64,000 bases of DNA from Deltaproteobacteria bacterium (GTDB taxonomy: Bacteria; Myxococcota; Kuafuiibacteriia; Kuafuiibacteriales; Kuafuiibacteriaceae), in NCBI GenBank assembly GCA_040218735.1, contig JAVJQW010000057.1, forward strand, positions 384,001 through 448,000. The letters are read 5' to 3'. Each line of letters starts with the position of its first letter. The stretch's first letter is position 1. Both the position numbers and the translations under genes were made by a program. A model generated the notes under the pieces. It made no database searches. It was not told the origin of the DNA and was given only the letters and a program-made list of their open reading frames with translations. Shown here piece by piece: positions 10,749 to 20,718 of this stretch.

Positions 10749-12916
10749 TGCTTCCCGACTTCGCACAGCTCCCGTTCGACGAGGACGTCCCGAAGCGACG
10801 TGTCCCCGACTGGGAGAAGCGGTTCGCCGAGGCGACCAAGAACGCGAGCGGCGTGTGGAACACGCCGGAGGGGATCGACGTCCGCGCGCTCTACACGGCG
10901 GCGGATCTACCGACCGTCGATCAGCTCGAGACCATCCCGGGCGCGCCGCCGTTCCTGCGCGGGCCGTACGCGACAATGTACACCACGAAGCCGTGGACGG
11001 TGCGTCAGTACGCGGGGTTCTCGACGGCGCAGGCGAGCAACGCGTTCTACCGGAAGAACCTCGCCGCGGGTCAGAAGGGCCTGTCGGTGGCGTTCGATCT
11101 CGCGACGCACCGAGGCTACGACAGCGATCATTTGCGAGTGCGCGGCGACGTCGGGATGGCGGGTGTCGCGATCGACTCGATCCTCGACATGCGCATCCTG
11201 TTCGACGGCATCCCGCTCGATCGCACGAGTGTGTCGATGACGATGAACGGCGCGGTGCTCCCGGTGATGGCGCTCTACATCCTCGCGGCGGAGGAGCAAG
11301 GCGTCGCGCCCGCCGCGCTCGCGGGGACGATCCAGAACGACATCCTCAAGGAGTTCATGGTCCGGAACACGTACATCTATCCGCCCGGGCCCTCGATGCG
11401 GATCATCTCGGACATCTTCGCGTATACGGCGGCGAAGATGCCGCGGTTCAACAGCATCTCGATCAGCGGCTATCACATGCAGGAGGCCGGAGCGACGGCG
11501 GACCTGGAGCTCGCGTACACCCTCGCGGACGGCGTGGAGTATGCGCGGCGCGGGGTCGCGGCGGGGTTGTCGATCGACGCGTTTGCGCCGCGGCTGTCGT
11601 TCTTCTGGGCGATCGGGATGAACTTCTTCATGGAGGTCGCGAAGCTGCGCGCGGCGCGTGCGCTGTGGGCGAAGTTGATGAATCAGTTCAGCCCGAACAA
11701 CGACAAGTCGCTGTGCCTGCGCACGCACTGTCAGACGTCGGGGTGGAGCCTCACGGCGCAGGACGTCTACAACAACGTGGTGCGGACGTGTGTCGAGGCG
11801 ATGGCCGCGGCGCACGGGCACACGCAGTCGCTGCACACCAACGCGTTCGACGAGGCGCTCGCGCTGCCGACCGATACGTCGGCGCGGATCGCGCGCAACA
11901 CGCAACTCTTCTTGCAGAACGAAGCGGGCACGACGACGACGATAGATCCGTGGGGCGGCAGCTACTACGTCGAACGTCTCACGCATGACCTCGCGCAGCG
12001 CGCGTGGGCGCACATCCAGGAGGTCGAAGCGGAAGGCGGAATGGCGAAGGCGATCGAGGCCGGCATCCCGAAGATGCGGATCGAGGAGGCGGCGGCGCGG
12101 ACGCAGGCGCGGATCGACAGCGGCAAGCAGGTCGTGATCGGCGTGAACCGCTACCGCCCCGAGACCGAGGACGAGGTCGACGTGTTGAAGGTCGACAACC
12201 GGGCCGTGCTCGAGGAGCAGCTCGCGCGGCTCGCTCAGCTGAAGGCCGAGCGGGACGATGCCGCGCTCGCGACGAAGCTCGCAGCGCTCACGAAGTGTGC
12301 GGAGGGCGGCGAGGGGAATCTGCTGTCGTTGGCGGTGGATGCGGCGCGCGCGAAGGCGACCGTCGGCGAGATCAGCGACGCGCTTGAAAAAGCCTGGGGA
12401 CGACACCAGGCCGAAGTGCGTACGATCGCCGGGGTGTACGAGAGCGAGGCGCAGGCGTCGAAGGATCGGCTCGACGCGGTGAAGGCGAAGGTGCAGGCGT
12501 TCGAGTCGGCGCAGGGTCGTCGGCCGCGCGTGCTCGTCGCGAAGATGGGCCAGGACGGGCACGACCGCGGGCAGAAGGTCATCGCGACGGCGTTTGCGGA
12601 CCTCGGGTTCGACGTGGACATCGGCCCGCTCTTCTCGACGCCGGATGAGACGGCGCGACAGGCGGTGGAGAACGACGTGCACGTGGTCGGCGTGAGCTCG
12701 CTGGCGGCGGGGCACCTGACGTTGGTGCCGGAGCTGAAGAAGGCGCTCGTGGCGCTGTCGCGTGACGACATCCTGATCGTGGTGGGCGGCGTGATCCCGC
12801 CGGGGGATCACGCGGCGCTCATCGAGGCGGGCGCGACGGCGATCTTCCCGCCGGGCACGGTGATCGCGGACGCGGCGGACGAGCTGCTCGACGCGCTGTC
12901 GGCGGAGCGTGCGTGA
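10745..12916 (+). CDS. mutB: Methylmalonyl-CoA mutase large (catalytic) subunit
   Basis: [10 protein letters not shown] (Tyr specificity residue), [23 protein letters not shown] and [10 protein letters not shown]. Start at ATG 10745 (ATGA overlap); the track's upstream extension is spurious. Confidence 0.96.
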   Translation: MMLPDFAQLPFDEDVPKRRVPDWEKRFAEATKNASGVWNTPEGIDVRALYTAADLPTVDQLETIPGAPPFLRGPYATMYTTKPWTVRQYAGFSTAQASNAFYRKNLAAGQKGLSVAFDLATHRGYDSDHLRVRGDVGMAGVAIDSILDMRILFDGIPLDRTSVSMTMNGAVLPVMALYILAAEEQGVAPAALAGTIQNDILKEFMVRNTYIYPPGPSMRIISDIFAYTAAKMPRFNSISISGYHMQEAGATADLELAYTLADGVEYARRGVAAGLSIDAFAPRLSFFWAIGMNFFMEVAKLRAARALWAKLMNQFSPNNDKSLCLRTHCQTSGWSLTAQDVYNNVVRTCVEAMAAAHGHTQSLHTNAFDEALALPTDTSARIARNTQLFLQNEAGTTTTIDPWGGSYYVERLTHDLAQRAWAHIQEVEAEGGMAKAIEAGIPKMRIEEAAARTQARIDSGKQVVIGVNRYRPETEDEVDVLKVDNRAVLEEQLARLAQLKAERDDAALATKLAALTKCAEGGEGNLLSLAVDAARAKATVGEISDALEKAWGRHQAEVRTIAGVYESEAQASKDRLDAVKAKVQAFESAQGRRPRVLVAKMGQDGHDRGQKVIATAFADLGFDVDIGPLFSTPDETARQAVENDVHVVGVSSLAAGHLTLVPELKKALVALSRDDILIVVGGVIPPGDHAALIEAGATAIFPPGTVIADAADELLDALSAERA

Positions 12917-13878
12917 GCGTCGACGCCCTCACGGCGGGGGTGTTGAAGGGCGATCGCACGTCGATCGGGCGGGCGATCACGCTCATCGAGAGCAAGAACG
13001 CGGCGCACCGTTCTGATGCGCATGTGCTGCTGACGAACCTCGCGCCACACGCGGGCGGCGCGCACCGCGTCGGCATCACGGGCGTTCCCGGGGCGGGCAA
13101 GAGCACGCTGATCGAAGCGCTGGGGCTGAAGCTGATCTCGGATGGCCACCGCGTGGCGGTGCTCGCGGTCGATCCCACGAGCACGCGCTCGGGCGGGAGC
13201 ATCCTCGCGGACAAGACGCGAATGTTGCGGCTGTCGAAACACGAGTCGGCGTTCGTACGGCCATCGCCTTCGTCGGGGACACTCGGTGGCGTCACCGCGA
13301 CGACGCGCGAGACGATGACGATCCTGGAGGCCGCCGGATACGACGTCGTGCTGGTAGAGACGGTGGGCGTGGGTCAGTCGGAGACGATGGTCGCGGACAT
13401 GGTCGACTTCTTCTTGCTGGTGCTGCTCGCGGGTGCGGGCGACGAGTTCCAGGCGATCAAAAAGGGGGTCGTGGAGCTCGCGGACATGATCGCGGTGAAC
13501 AAAGCCGACGGCGACAACGTCCGGCCGGCGCGCGCGGCGGCCTCGGCCTACCGGCACGCGCTGCACATCCTCACGCCGGCGAGCGCGATGTGGACGCCAC
13601 CGGTGACGACGGTCAGCGCGAAGACCGGTGACGGGCTCGGGGAGCTGTGGTCGCAGATCGAAGCGCATCGCGAGGCGATGACTGCGAGCGGCGAGCTGGA
13701 GGCGAAGCGTCGCACCCAGCGTCTGTCCTGGTTCCGGCAGCTCGTGGAGACGCAGGTGGTGGAGCGGTTCTGGGCTTCGTGCGCGGAGCGTTCGGCGGTC
13801 GAGGCGGAGGTGCTGAACGGGACCTCCAGCCCCTCGCGCGCGGCGGCGCGGCTGCTCGGTGGGGGTGATGATGCGTAG
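12913..13878 (+). CDS. meaB: MeaB/ArgK GTPase chaperone of methylmalonyl-CoA mutase
   Basis: [35 protein letters not shown] and NKAD; GTGA overlap with mutB. Confidence 0.93.
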   Translation: MSVDALTAGVLKGDRTSIGRAITLIESKNAAHRSDAHVLLTNLAPHAGGAHRVGITGVPGAGKSTLIEALGLKLISDGHRVAVLAVDPTSTRSGGSILADKTRMLRLSKHESAFVRPSPSSGTLGGVTATTRETMTILEAAGYDVVLVETVGVGQSETMVADMVDFFLLVLLAGAGDEFQAIKKGVVELADMIAVNKADGDNVRPARAAASAYRHALHILTPASAMWTPPVTTVSAKTGDGLGELWSQIEAHREAMTASGELEAKRRTQRLSWFRQLVETQVVERFWASCAERSAVEAEVLNGTSSPSRAAARLLGGGDDA

Positions 13879-15328
13879 GGGCGTCGTGCTGCTGTTTGCG
13901 TGGGCGAGCGCGTGTTCGTTCGACCCGGCGCTCCCGACGGACCGCGACGCGGGCGCATCGCGGGACGCGGGCGTGCGCGACGCCGGGGACGTCGAAGGGC
14001 GCGACGCCGGCTTCCCGGACGGCGGCCGCGACGGCGGAGCTCGAGACGCTGGACCTTACGACGCTGGACCGCGCGACGGCGGTGAAGCCGACGCGGGGCG
14101 CGACGGCGGCGTGGTCGACGGTGGCGAGATCGACGGCGGCGATCGCGACGGTGGTCCGATCGACGGCGGCGAGATCGACGGGGGCTTCCGCGACGGCGGG
14201 TTCCGCGATGGCGGGCCACCTCGGGATGGTGGGCCACCGCGCGACGGTGGACCGCCTCGGGACGGTGGGCCTCCCCGCGACGGCGGCACGACGGCGACTT
14301 CGATTCAGTGGCTGTCGCCGACGCCCGACATCGTGGCGGGGGCGTGCAGCCCGACGTTGGTGGTGCAGCGGCTGAACGGTATGGGGCAGCCGGCGAACGA
14401 CCCGGTCGACCTCACGTTGCTGCTGTCGAACACCGGCGTGCCGATCTCGTACAGCAACCCAGGTTGCGGCGGCGGAACGCTCTCCGCGGTGAACATCCCC
14501 GCCGGCTCGAGCACCGCCTCCTTCGCGGTGCGCGGGACGGTCGCGGGCTCGACGGCGCTCGTCGTCCAGACGGCGGGCTTCGGGGCGCTGGTCGCGACGA
14601 TCCTGATCGAGCCGGGGCCTCCGTCGCAGCTCGTGTACCAGACGGCCGGACAGACCGTGCCGTGGGGGACGTGCTCCGGCGCCGTATCGGTCGAGCGGCG
14701 CGACCAGTACGGCAACACGACGGCGCCGAACAACGCGACGACGCTCGAGATGGGCGCCGCGCCCGCAGGCGGACTCGACACGTTCAGCGACGCGACGTGC
14801 ACGACGACCGCGACGTCCGTCGACATCGCCCCGCTCGCCGCGTCGGCGTCGTATTACTTCCGCCCCACGGCCTTCGAGAGCGTGGTCCTCGAAACCGCCT
14901 CCACGGGACTCGGCACCATCGCTCAGACCCACACCGTCGGCGACTGCCCCGACACCTGCGGCATGACCTGCTCCGAGTGCTGCCGCTTCACCTGCCCCGG
15001 CGGCGCCGCCTGCGGCCCCGTCTGCGGCGCCGGCACGTGCCCGTGTGAGCTCGACTGCGCCGCCGCCACCAGCTGCGCCGCTTCCTGCGCGAACAACGAC
15101 TGCGGCGTCCAGTGCGCCCCCGGCGGCCCGTGCGTCGCCGACTGCCTCGTCGGCGCGAGCTGCGACGTAGACTGCAGGCTCGCGTCGAGCTGCAACGTAA
15201 CTTGCGCGACCGGCTCGACGTGCCGGGTGTTCTGTAGCGGACCGAACTGCACGGTGGCGTGTGATGCGCCGGTGGCTTGCCCGGGGGGCGTGGTGGCGTG
15301 CGGGGCGCCGTGCCCGCCGAACCCGTAG
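13871..15328 (+). CDS. Surface lipoprotein with a DGG-repeat linker, Ig-like beta domains and a Cys-rich C-terminal tail
   Basis: [15 protein letters not shown] lipobox, a long RDGG/DAG repeat region, two Thr/Ser/Gly-rich beta modules, and C-x5-C-x3-C periodicity at the C-terminus. Confidence 0.8.
   Translation: MRRGVVLLFAWASACSFDPALPTDRDAGASRDAGVRDAGDVEGRDAGFPDGGRDGGARDAGPYDAGPRDGGEADAGRDGGVVDGGEIDGGDRDGGPIDGGEIDGGFRDGGFRDGGPPRDGGPPRDGGPPRDGGPPRDGGTTATSIQWLSPTPDIVAGACSPTLVVQRLNGMGQPANDPVDLTLLLSNTGVPISYSNPGCGGGTLSAVNIPAGSSTASFAVRGTVAGSTALVVQTAGFGALVATILIEPGPPSQLVYQTAGQTVPWGTCSGAVSVERRDQYGNTTAPNNATTLEMGAAPAGGLDTFSDATCTTTATSVDIAPLAASASYYFRPTAFESVVLETASTGLGTIAQTHTVGDCPDTCGMTCSECCRFTCPGGAACGPVCGAGTCPCELDCAAATSCAASCANNDCGVQCAPGGPCVADCLVGASCDVDCRLASSCNVTCATGSTCRVFCSGPNCTVACDAPVACPGGVVACGAPCPPNP
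13941..14287 (+). repeat. Coding low-complexity repeat (RDAG / IDGG / RDGGPP x4)
   Basis: Read directly from the translation; codons differ between units. Confidence 0.85.
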
Positions 15329-15340
15329 GGGGGCGCCATA

Positions 15341-15460
15341 GACTCGGACTCGGACTCGGACTCGGACTCGGACTCGGACTCGGATTCGGATTCGGATTCG
15401 GATTCGGATTCGGATTCGGACTCGGACTCGGACTCGGACTCGGACTCGGACTCGGACTCG
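15341..15460. repeat. Hexanucleotide tandem array (GACTCG)7(GATTCG)6(GACTCG)7
   Basis: Counted directly: 20 units over 120 bp, between two convergent genes. Confidence 0.97.
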
Positions 15461-15479
15461 GACGCCGAACCCTCCGCGC

Positions 15480-16907
15480 CTACAGCTTCAGGCGCACGAT
15501 GACCCCGATGTTCCAGTCATCCACCGGCTGATACGGGTCCTGCTGGTCCGCCACCGCCTGGTACGTCCGCCACCACCTGATCCGAAACCCCACGTAGTAG
15601 ATCGGCACGTGGAGCTCGGCGACGAGGGCGGTGCGTTCGTCGAGGGCGAAGAGGTCGCCGGCGCCGTTGAGGTTCACGCGGAAGTAGAAGGCCCTCAGCT
15701 GGGCGAAGTCGAAGTACGGGACCTCGACGTACAGACGGAACGAGCCGTCGTCGAGGCCGCTGCTATATTCGATGTATTCACTCCCCACGAGCAGGACGTC
15801 CTTGAGGCCGCCCTGCAGCTCGAAGAAGTAGCTGTTGCGCCAGGGGCGAGTGTTGTTCGAGCAGTCGCCGGCGCAGACCGACGAGAGCTTCGTGCCCTCG
15901 AAGTCGGGGCGGAGCCGCTGGTAGCGCTCGATCTCGTAGACCGTGTTGAAGTACGGCGCGAGGTAGTCACCCGAGACCCGCCGGTACTCGGTACGCAACG
16001 CGATCTGCACCGCGTGTTCGCCGGTGGGGATCTCGGTTTCCCAGAGCACGCCCAAGTGCACGCCCCACCCTTCGTCGACCGCGGTGATCATGTTGATGTC
16101 GGTGTAGGGCGTGATCGAGAGGTAGTCGCTCTTGAAGACGTTCATGCCGACGTCGATCCCCAGGATCGCGAGCGCTTCGCGTCCGGCGACCAGCGGGAGG
16201 TTCGAGTCCGGGTCGATCTTCACGACGCCGTTCGTCTCGCGCTGAAGCGTGAGCGGCGCGCGCCAGTCCGCCGCGAGCGTGGTGCCGAATTCGAGCCGGT
16301 CGAGGTAGTCGCGGAACAGCCGGAAGCGGAACGGCCGCACCCAACCCCGCACGCCCCAAAGGTACGGCGCGAGGACATCGCCGAGGATCAGCTCGCCGCC
16401 CAGCTCGTCCGCTCGCCCGAGTGTGTTGATGCCGACGCGCCAGCGGTTGATGTCCATGCCGTTGTAATAGCGGTGCATCACCGACCCGTGGCCCAGCGAG
16501 CGTTTCTCGAGGAGCCCACCGCGCAGGAAGAACGGGCCGAGCCGATCGGCGCGCCCGACGTACGCGTAGTTGAAGAGGCGCAGGGCGTCCGTCCAGTCGT
16601 TCCAGTCCTCCTTGCGGAAGATGCCGCCGGCCGTCTCGGTCTTCTCGTTCTTCTTCTCGAGTAGGATGCGAATCGGGAGCTGCAGCCCGATGCCCCAGTA
16701 GTCCTGGTTGTAGTTGAGGCGGAAGACCGTCGTGAGGAAGAAGTCGCGGTTGATGCGCCCGAACGACGCGTGCGCTTCGAGCATCGAGCGCGGACGATCC
16801 GGCCGCGACGCCTTGGCGCGGTCCACGGCGTAGTCGCCCGTCAGCTGCCCCGCCGCGGGCGCGGCGTACAGCACCGAGGCCAAGACCAGCGCCACACCAC
16901 CGCGCAT
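15480..16907 (-). CDS. Putative outer-membrane beta-barrel protein
   Basis: Signal peptide MRGGVALVLASVLYAAPAAG, many alternating aromatic/hydrophobic strands, and C-terminal strand WNIGVIVRLKL. Confidence 0.65.
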   Translation of the reverse strand: MRGGVALVLASVLYAAPAAGQLTGDYAVDRAKASRPDRPRSMLEAHASFGRINRDFFLTTVFRLNYNQDYWGIGLQLPIRILLEKKNEKTETAGGIFRKEDWNDWTDALRLFNYAYVGRADRLGPFFLRGGLLEKRSLGHGSVMHRYYNGMDINRWRVGINTLGRADELGGELILGDVLAPYLWGVRGWVRPFRFRLFRDYLDRLEFGTTLAADWRAPLTLQRETNGVVKIDPDSNLPLVAGREALAILGIDVGMNVFKSDYLSITPYTDINMITAVDEGWGVHLGVLWETEIPTGEHAVQIALRTEYRRVSGDYLAPYFNTVYEIERYQRLRPDFEGTKLSSVCAGDCSNNTRPWRNSYFFELQGGLKDVLLVGSEYIEYSSGLDDGSFRLYVEVPYFDFAQLRAFYFRVNLNGAGDLFALDERTALVAELHVPIYYVGFRIRWWRTYQAVADQQDPYQPVDDWNIGVIVRLKL

Positions 16908-16968
16908 CCTCCCTGCAGCTTAGCGACCTTTCGTTCGTCGCGCCAAAGCGCTACGACCCGGGATCGAA

Positions 16969-17874
16969 ATGCGCGCCGTCCTCTACGATCGCTTCGGCGA
17001 CCCTCGAGTGCTCAGAATCGGGGAGACCGCGGAACCAAGCGGCGCCTGCGTCGTCGATGTGACCGCGGCCGCACTCAACCCGAAGGACGTCCTCATGCGG
17101 AAGGGCAAGTTCTCGACGTTCGTCCGCGCGCCGTTCCCCCGGCTCTGCGGCTACGACTTCGCCGGCCAACTCGACGGGCGCGAAGTCTTCGGGATGATCA
17201 ACGGGATGCTCGGCCGCACCTGCGCCGAGCGCGTCGCCGTCGACGCCGACGAGCTCGCCGACCGACCGAGCGCCCTGACCCCCGAACAAGCCGCTTCGAT
17301 CCCCCTCGCCGGGCAGACCGCGCTCCAAGCGCTCCGTGACGACGGCGGCCTGAAGCGAGGACAGCACGCGGTGATCAACGGCGCGTCCGGCGGCGTGGGC
17401 ACGCTCGCAATCCAGATTGCAAAGGCCCTCGGCGCCCGCGTCACGTCGATCACCTCCGCGAAGAACCGCGAGCTGTGCACCGAGCTCGGCGCCGACGAAG
17501 CCCTCGCCTACGACGAAACGGATCCGCTCGCGAACCTCCGCGACGTCGACGTCTTCTTCGACGTCTTCGGCAACCGCAGCCTCGCCGACGTCCGCCCCGG
17601 CCTCGCCCGACGCGCGACCCTCGTCTCCACCGTTCCGAACCCGCGCGTCATGCTCGAAGTCGCGCGCACGGTGCTCTCCCAGCAACGCACGAAGCTCGTC
17701 GTCGTGAAGTCCCGCCGCCGCGACCTCGAGCTCCTCGCCGGGTGGGCCGACGACGGCGCGCTGAAGGCCGTCGTGGATCGAACCTACGCGATGGAGGAGA
17801 TCGCCGAAGCGCACCGGCACATCGAATCGAAACGCACACGCGGCAAGGTGGTCGTTCGTATCCGCGCCGAGTGA
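16969..17874 (+). CDS. NAD(P)-dependent quinone oxidoreductase-like protein (MDR family)
   Basis: AAALNPKD, GYDFAG, AASIPLAGQTALQAL, INGASGGVGTLAIQIAK and RGKVV. Confidence 0.9.
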   Translation: MRAVLYDRFGDPRVLRIGETAEPSGACVVDVTAAALNPKDVLMRKGKFSTFVRAPFPRLCGYDFAGQLDGREVFGMINGMLGRTCAERVAVDADELADRPSALTPEQAASIPLAGQTALQALRDDGGLKRGQHAVINGASGGVGTLAIQIAKALGARVTSITSAKNRELCTELGADEALAYDETDPLANLRDVDVFFDVFGNRSLADVRPGLARRATLVSTVPNPRVMLEVARTVLSQQRTKLVVVKSRRRDLELLAGWADDGALKAVVDRTYAMEEIAEAHRHIESKRTRGKVVVRIRAE

Positions 17875-17877
17875 AGG

Positions 17878-19230
17878 CTACGCGCCCGTGGCGGAGCGCA
17901 TCTGGTCGTGCCACTTCGCCGCGCCGGAGCTCACGCTCGACAGCTGCGACTCGATCCGCGCCACCTCTTCCGGCGCGAGCTTCACCGTACGCACCGGTTC
18001 GGACTTGATGTCGAACAACGACTGGTCCGACAGCAGCGGGATGCTGAAGTTGTAGCCGAGGCTGAACGTCGAGTGCCAACCCTTCGGCCCACCGCCGCCG
18101 CTCTTGTACGTCCCGAGGTGCGCGCAGACCGCGCCGACCTCGGCGCCCGTGCGACGCACGCTCTTCTTCTCCGCGTCGACGTCGCCGTACGCGTTGCGCG
18201 TGAAGGCACGCGCGGTCCCGCCGATGCCGAGACGCAGGCCCACGCCCGAAAGCTCGTTGATCTGCAGCTCACCCTTGTCGCGCAGGTACACGATCTCGTG
18301 CCCGGAGGAACCGGTCACCACCGCCGCCCCCTCCTTCAACATCCCGACCGCGATTGCGTCGGACTTGGCGTCGAACGTCTCCTTCACGGCGGGAATCGCA
18401 GCGGAGAACCGCGCCGCGACCTCCCGATCGTTGTCGATGTCGGCGATGCCGTCGATCGCATCGACGACCGTCTGCGCACCCTTCGCCGCCTCCTCGAGGC
18501 GCACGAGCACCCCCTCCGGCAGCGCCGAACGGACCACATCCTTCACGCGCGCGGCCGCGTCCAACACCCAAGCGCCGACCGCGCTGTCGCCCGTCGCCGC
18601 GTTCTTGAGGCGCCCGAGCAGGTCCAGCCCGGTGGTCCACATCTTCTTCGATCCCGCGACCGCCGCGTCCCGGAGGACGTCGACGCCGCGGTCCGTCTGC
18701 TGCTGCACGTAGTGGTCGCCGATGCGCTGCTCGATCGCGGCGAAGGTCTTCGCGAGCTTCGGATCGATCTGCGGCGGGCGCCCCTGGTGCGACAGCTGCG
18801 ATCGCAAACGACGGTTGTACTGCGGGATGAGGTTCGCGCCGGCGTCGGCGACCGACTTGAGATCCAACAGCTGCGACAGCTCACCCTCGCGGCCATCGGT
18901 CGCGAGCATCCGCACCGCGAGCTCGTCGACCAGCTTCTGCACCTCTTCGATCGTCGAGCCCTGCAGATACTGGCTCGCGTCCTCGACCTCACCGCTCGCG
19001 ATGCGCTCCGCGAGCCCCGGGATGCCTCCGCGCGCGCGCGCTTCCCAAAGGCGCGCGCCGATGTCGAGCGGCGAGCCCCCCGCCTGCTGCGCGTACGCGG
19101 CGGCCTTGCTGAAGATGTCGTCGCCGGCTTTGACCAGGTCTTCCTGGCGCGCCGGGTCCACGCCGTGCGGTCCTTCGGACTGCGTCGCCCGCTGCAGACG
19201 ACCAAGCCAGTTGGAGTCAGGAATCTTCAT
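17878..19230 (-). CDS. Hypothetical signal-less protein (candidate secreted effector or toxin)
   Basis: Protein-like composition. ATG 19230 lies inside the 3' end of the upstream TPR gene. Helical N-terminal two-thirds and Gly-rich beta-strand C-terminus. Confidence 0.7.
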   Translation of the reverse strand: MKIPDSNWLGRLQRATQSEGPHGVDPARQEDLVKAGDDIFSKAAAYAQQAGGSPLDIGARLWEARARGGIPGLAERIASGEVEDASQYLQGSTIEEVQKLVDELAVRMLATDGREGELSQLLDLKSVADAGANLIPQYNRRLRSQLSHQGRPPQIDPKLAKTFAAIEQRIGDHYVQQQTDRGVDVLRDAAVAGSKKMWTTGLDLLGRLKNAATGDSAVGAWVLDAAARVKDVVRSALPEGVLVRLEEAAKGAQTVVDAIDGIADIDNDREVAARFSAAIPAVKETFDAKSDAIAVGMLKEGAAVVTGSSGHEIVYLRDKGELQINELSGVGLRLGIGGTARAFTRNAYGDVDAEKKSVRRTGAEVGAVCAHLGTYKSGGGGPKGWHSTFSLGYNFSIPLLSDQSLFDIKSEPVRTVKLAPEEVARIESQLSSVSSGAAKWHDQMRSATGA

Positions 19231-19675
19231 CGGCACCCTCCATGGCGCGCAGCAGCCCGGCCGCCGCTTCACTCACGTCTGCACCCGCCGCGGCGGCGAG
19301 ACGGAGATCTTGTTCGGCGGTGGCACGATCCTGGAGCGCGAGCGCCGACCGCGCACGGAGCATCCACAGCTCCGCACGAAACGCGGCCGACGATGGCGAA
19401 GCCTCCTCGCGCGCGAGCGCCTCGCCGTACGCGGCGACGGCGCCCTCGTGATCGGCGGCCGTCGCGCGCACCGTACCGAGCAGCAACGGGAGCATCGCGG
19501 AGCGCCGGTCGAACCACGTGAGGTCCGACAGCAGCTTCGACGCCTCGTCGAGCTTGCCGTACTTCGCCAAACCCATCGCCTTGTCGACGAGCTGGTCGAG
19601 GACCTCCGGCTGCGCGCCGACGACGTCGGCGAGGCTGACCGCCCCGGACGCGACGTCGCTGAGGATCGAATTCAT
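19217..19675 (-). CDS. Small TPR protein resembling SycD/LcrH class II type III secretion chaperones
   Basis: 152 aa, acidic, no signal peptide. SLADVVG..PEVLDQL..AMGLAKYGKLDEASKLL..L..FD..LLLG..EGAVAAY, then RARSALAL.D..AEQDL..A, gives about three TPR motifs after an N-terminal helix. Confidence 0.65.
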   Translation of the reverse strand: MNSILSDVASGAVSLADVVGAQPEVLDQLVDKAMGLAKYGKLDEASKLLSDLTWFDRRSAMLPLLLGTVRATAADHEGAVAAYGEALAREEASPSSAAFRAELWMLRARSALALQDRATAEQDLRLAAAAGADVSEAAAGLLRAMEGADEDS

Positions 19676-19720
19676 ATCCTACAATGTAGCCTATTCGGGC
19701 CTACCCGCGAGTGACAAGGA

Positions 19721-20554
19721 TCACTTCGACCGAAATCGTCGAAGGCCGGAGGGGAGCGTTTCGACCCACTCCAGCCACGGCACCCCGGCGAGCCCATCCT
19801 CGACCTCGTAGCGGGAGAAGACGGAAATCGGCGCCCCCCGGCGGCGGACGTCGATGCACTCCAGGAACTCGGCCATCACCGCGCCGCGGAACGGCTCGTA
19901 CAGGTAGAGCACCGTGAGGTCGGCGTAGTCGAGCGCGCGGGCGTCCGCTTCGACGAACGTGACGTCGAGCCCCAATGCTTCGCGCGCGTGCTCGGCCGCA
20001 CGGACGTAGGCCGGATCGAGCTCCACGCCGCACACCTTCGCCTCGCTCAGCCACGCGGTCAGGAGCGCGACCTTCCCGGTGCCGGCGCCCACGTCGTAGA
20101 CGACGTCGTCCGGCGAAAGGTGCGGCACGAGGTCGAGCACGTCCGCCACGCGCGACGCGACGAAGTGCACCATCTCCGCCTCGCGCTCCATCGCCGCGCG
20201 CGGGGGGTGCGCGACGCCGAGGATCCGCTCCGCGTACGCGTCGTGTTCGTTCGCGGGGCGCTCCGCGAGCGCGCGCGAGAAGTCGGCGGGCGTGAACGTC
20301 CCCGCGCGGATCGCTTCGGTGATCGGGCCGAAGTCCCGCTCGTCGCGCGCGACGATCTCCGCGAGCAGCGCCTCGGCCTCCGACACGATCGCCGCGTCGT
20401 CCATGGTGCCGAGGATCCCGCGCACCGTCGTCGCCACCCACTCACGATCGGAGATCCGATCGCGCTGTGCCGCGACACGCGCCTCGCGCAACCGCTCCGC
20501 ACAGTCTTCGCGCGGCGTCGAGGAGCGCAGCCCGGCGAGCGCATCGCGCCGCAT
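19721..20554 (-). CDS. Class I SAM-dependent methyltransferase (DOT1-like)
   Basis: DDVVYDVGAGTGKV, VCGVELD, FVEADA and LYLYEPF. Start uncertain (ATG 20554 or GTG 20626). Confidence 0.8.
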   Translation of the reverse strand: MRRDALAGLRSSTPREDCAERLREARVAAQRDRISDREWVATTVRGILGTMDDAAIVSEAEALLAEIVARDERDFGPITEAIRAGTFTPADFSRALAERPANEHDAYAERILGVAHPPRAAMEREAEMVHFVASRVADVLDLVPHLSPDDVVYDVGAGTGKVALLTAWLSEAKVCGVELDPAYVRAAEHAREALGLDVTFVEADARALDYADLTVLYLYEPFRGAVMAEFLECIDVRRRGAPISVFSRYEVEDGLAGVPWLEWVETLPSGLRRFRSK

Positions 20555-20718
20555 CAAGCTCTCGCCCTGCGCGCGCCCCGCGCGGAGCCCACGCAACAGG
20601 TTCGGCCGATCACTCACGACGTCCACCGTAGCAGAAGAGGGTTGAGCGTACCTGAAGCCTTCCGAAGGAACGCCCGATCGTGCGCACCGACACGCGACAC
20701 CGCGCCGATGACGTCGAC

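Noticed and set aside
15277-15531. 84-aa (GL/GF)n ORF
   Set aside because: It is only a translation of the hexamer array, and it overlaps both flanking genes.
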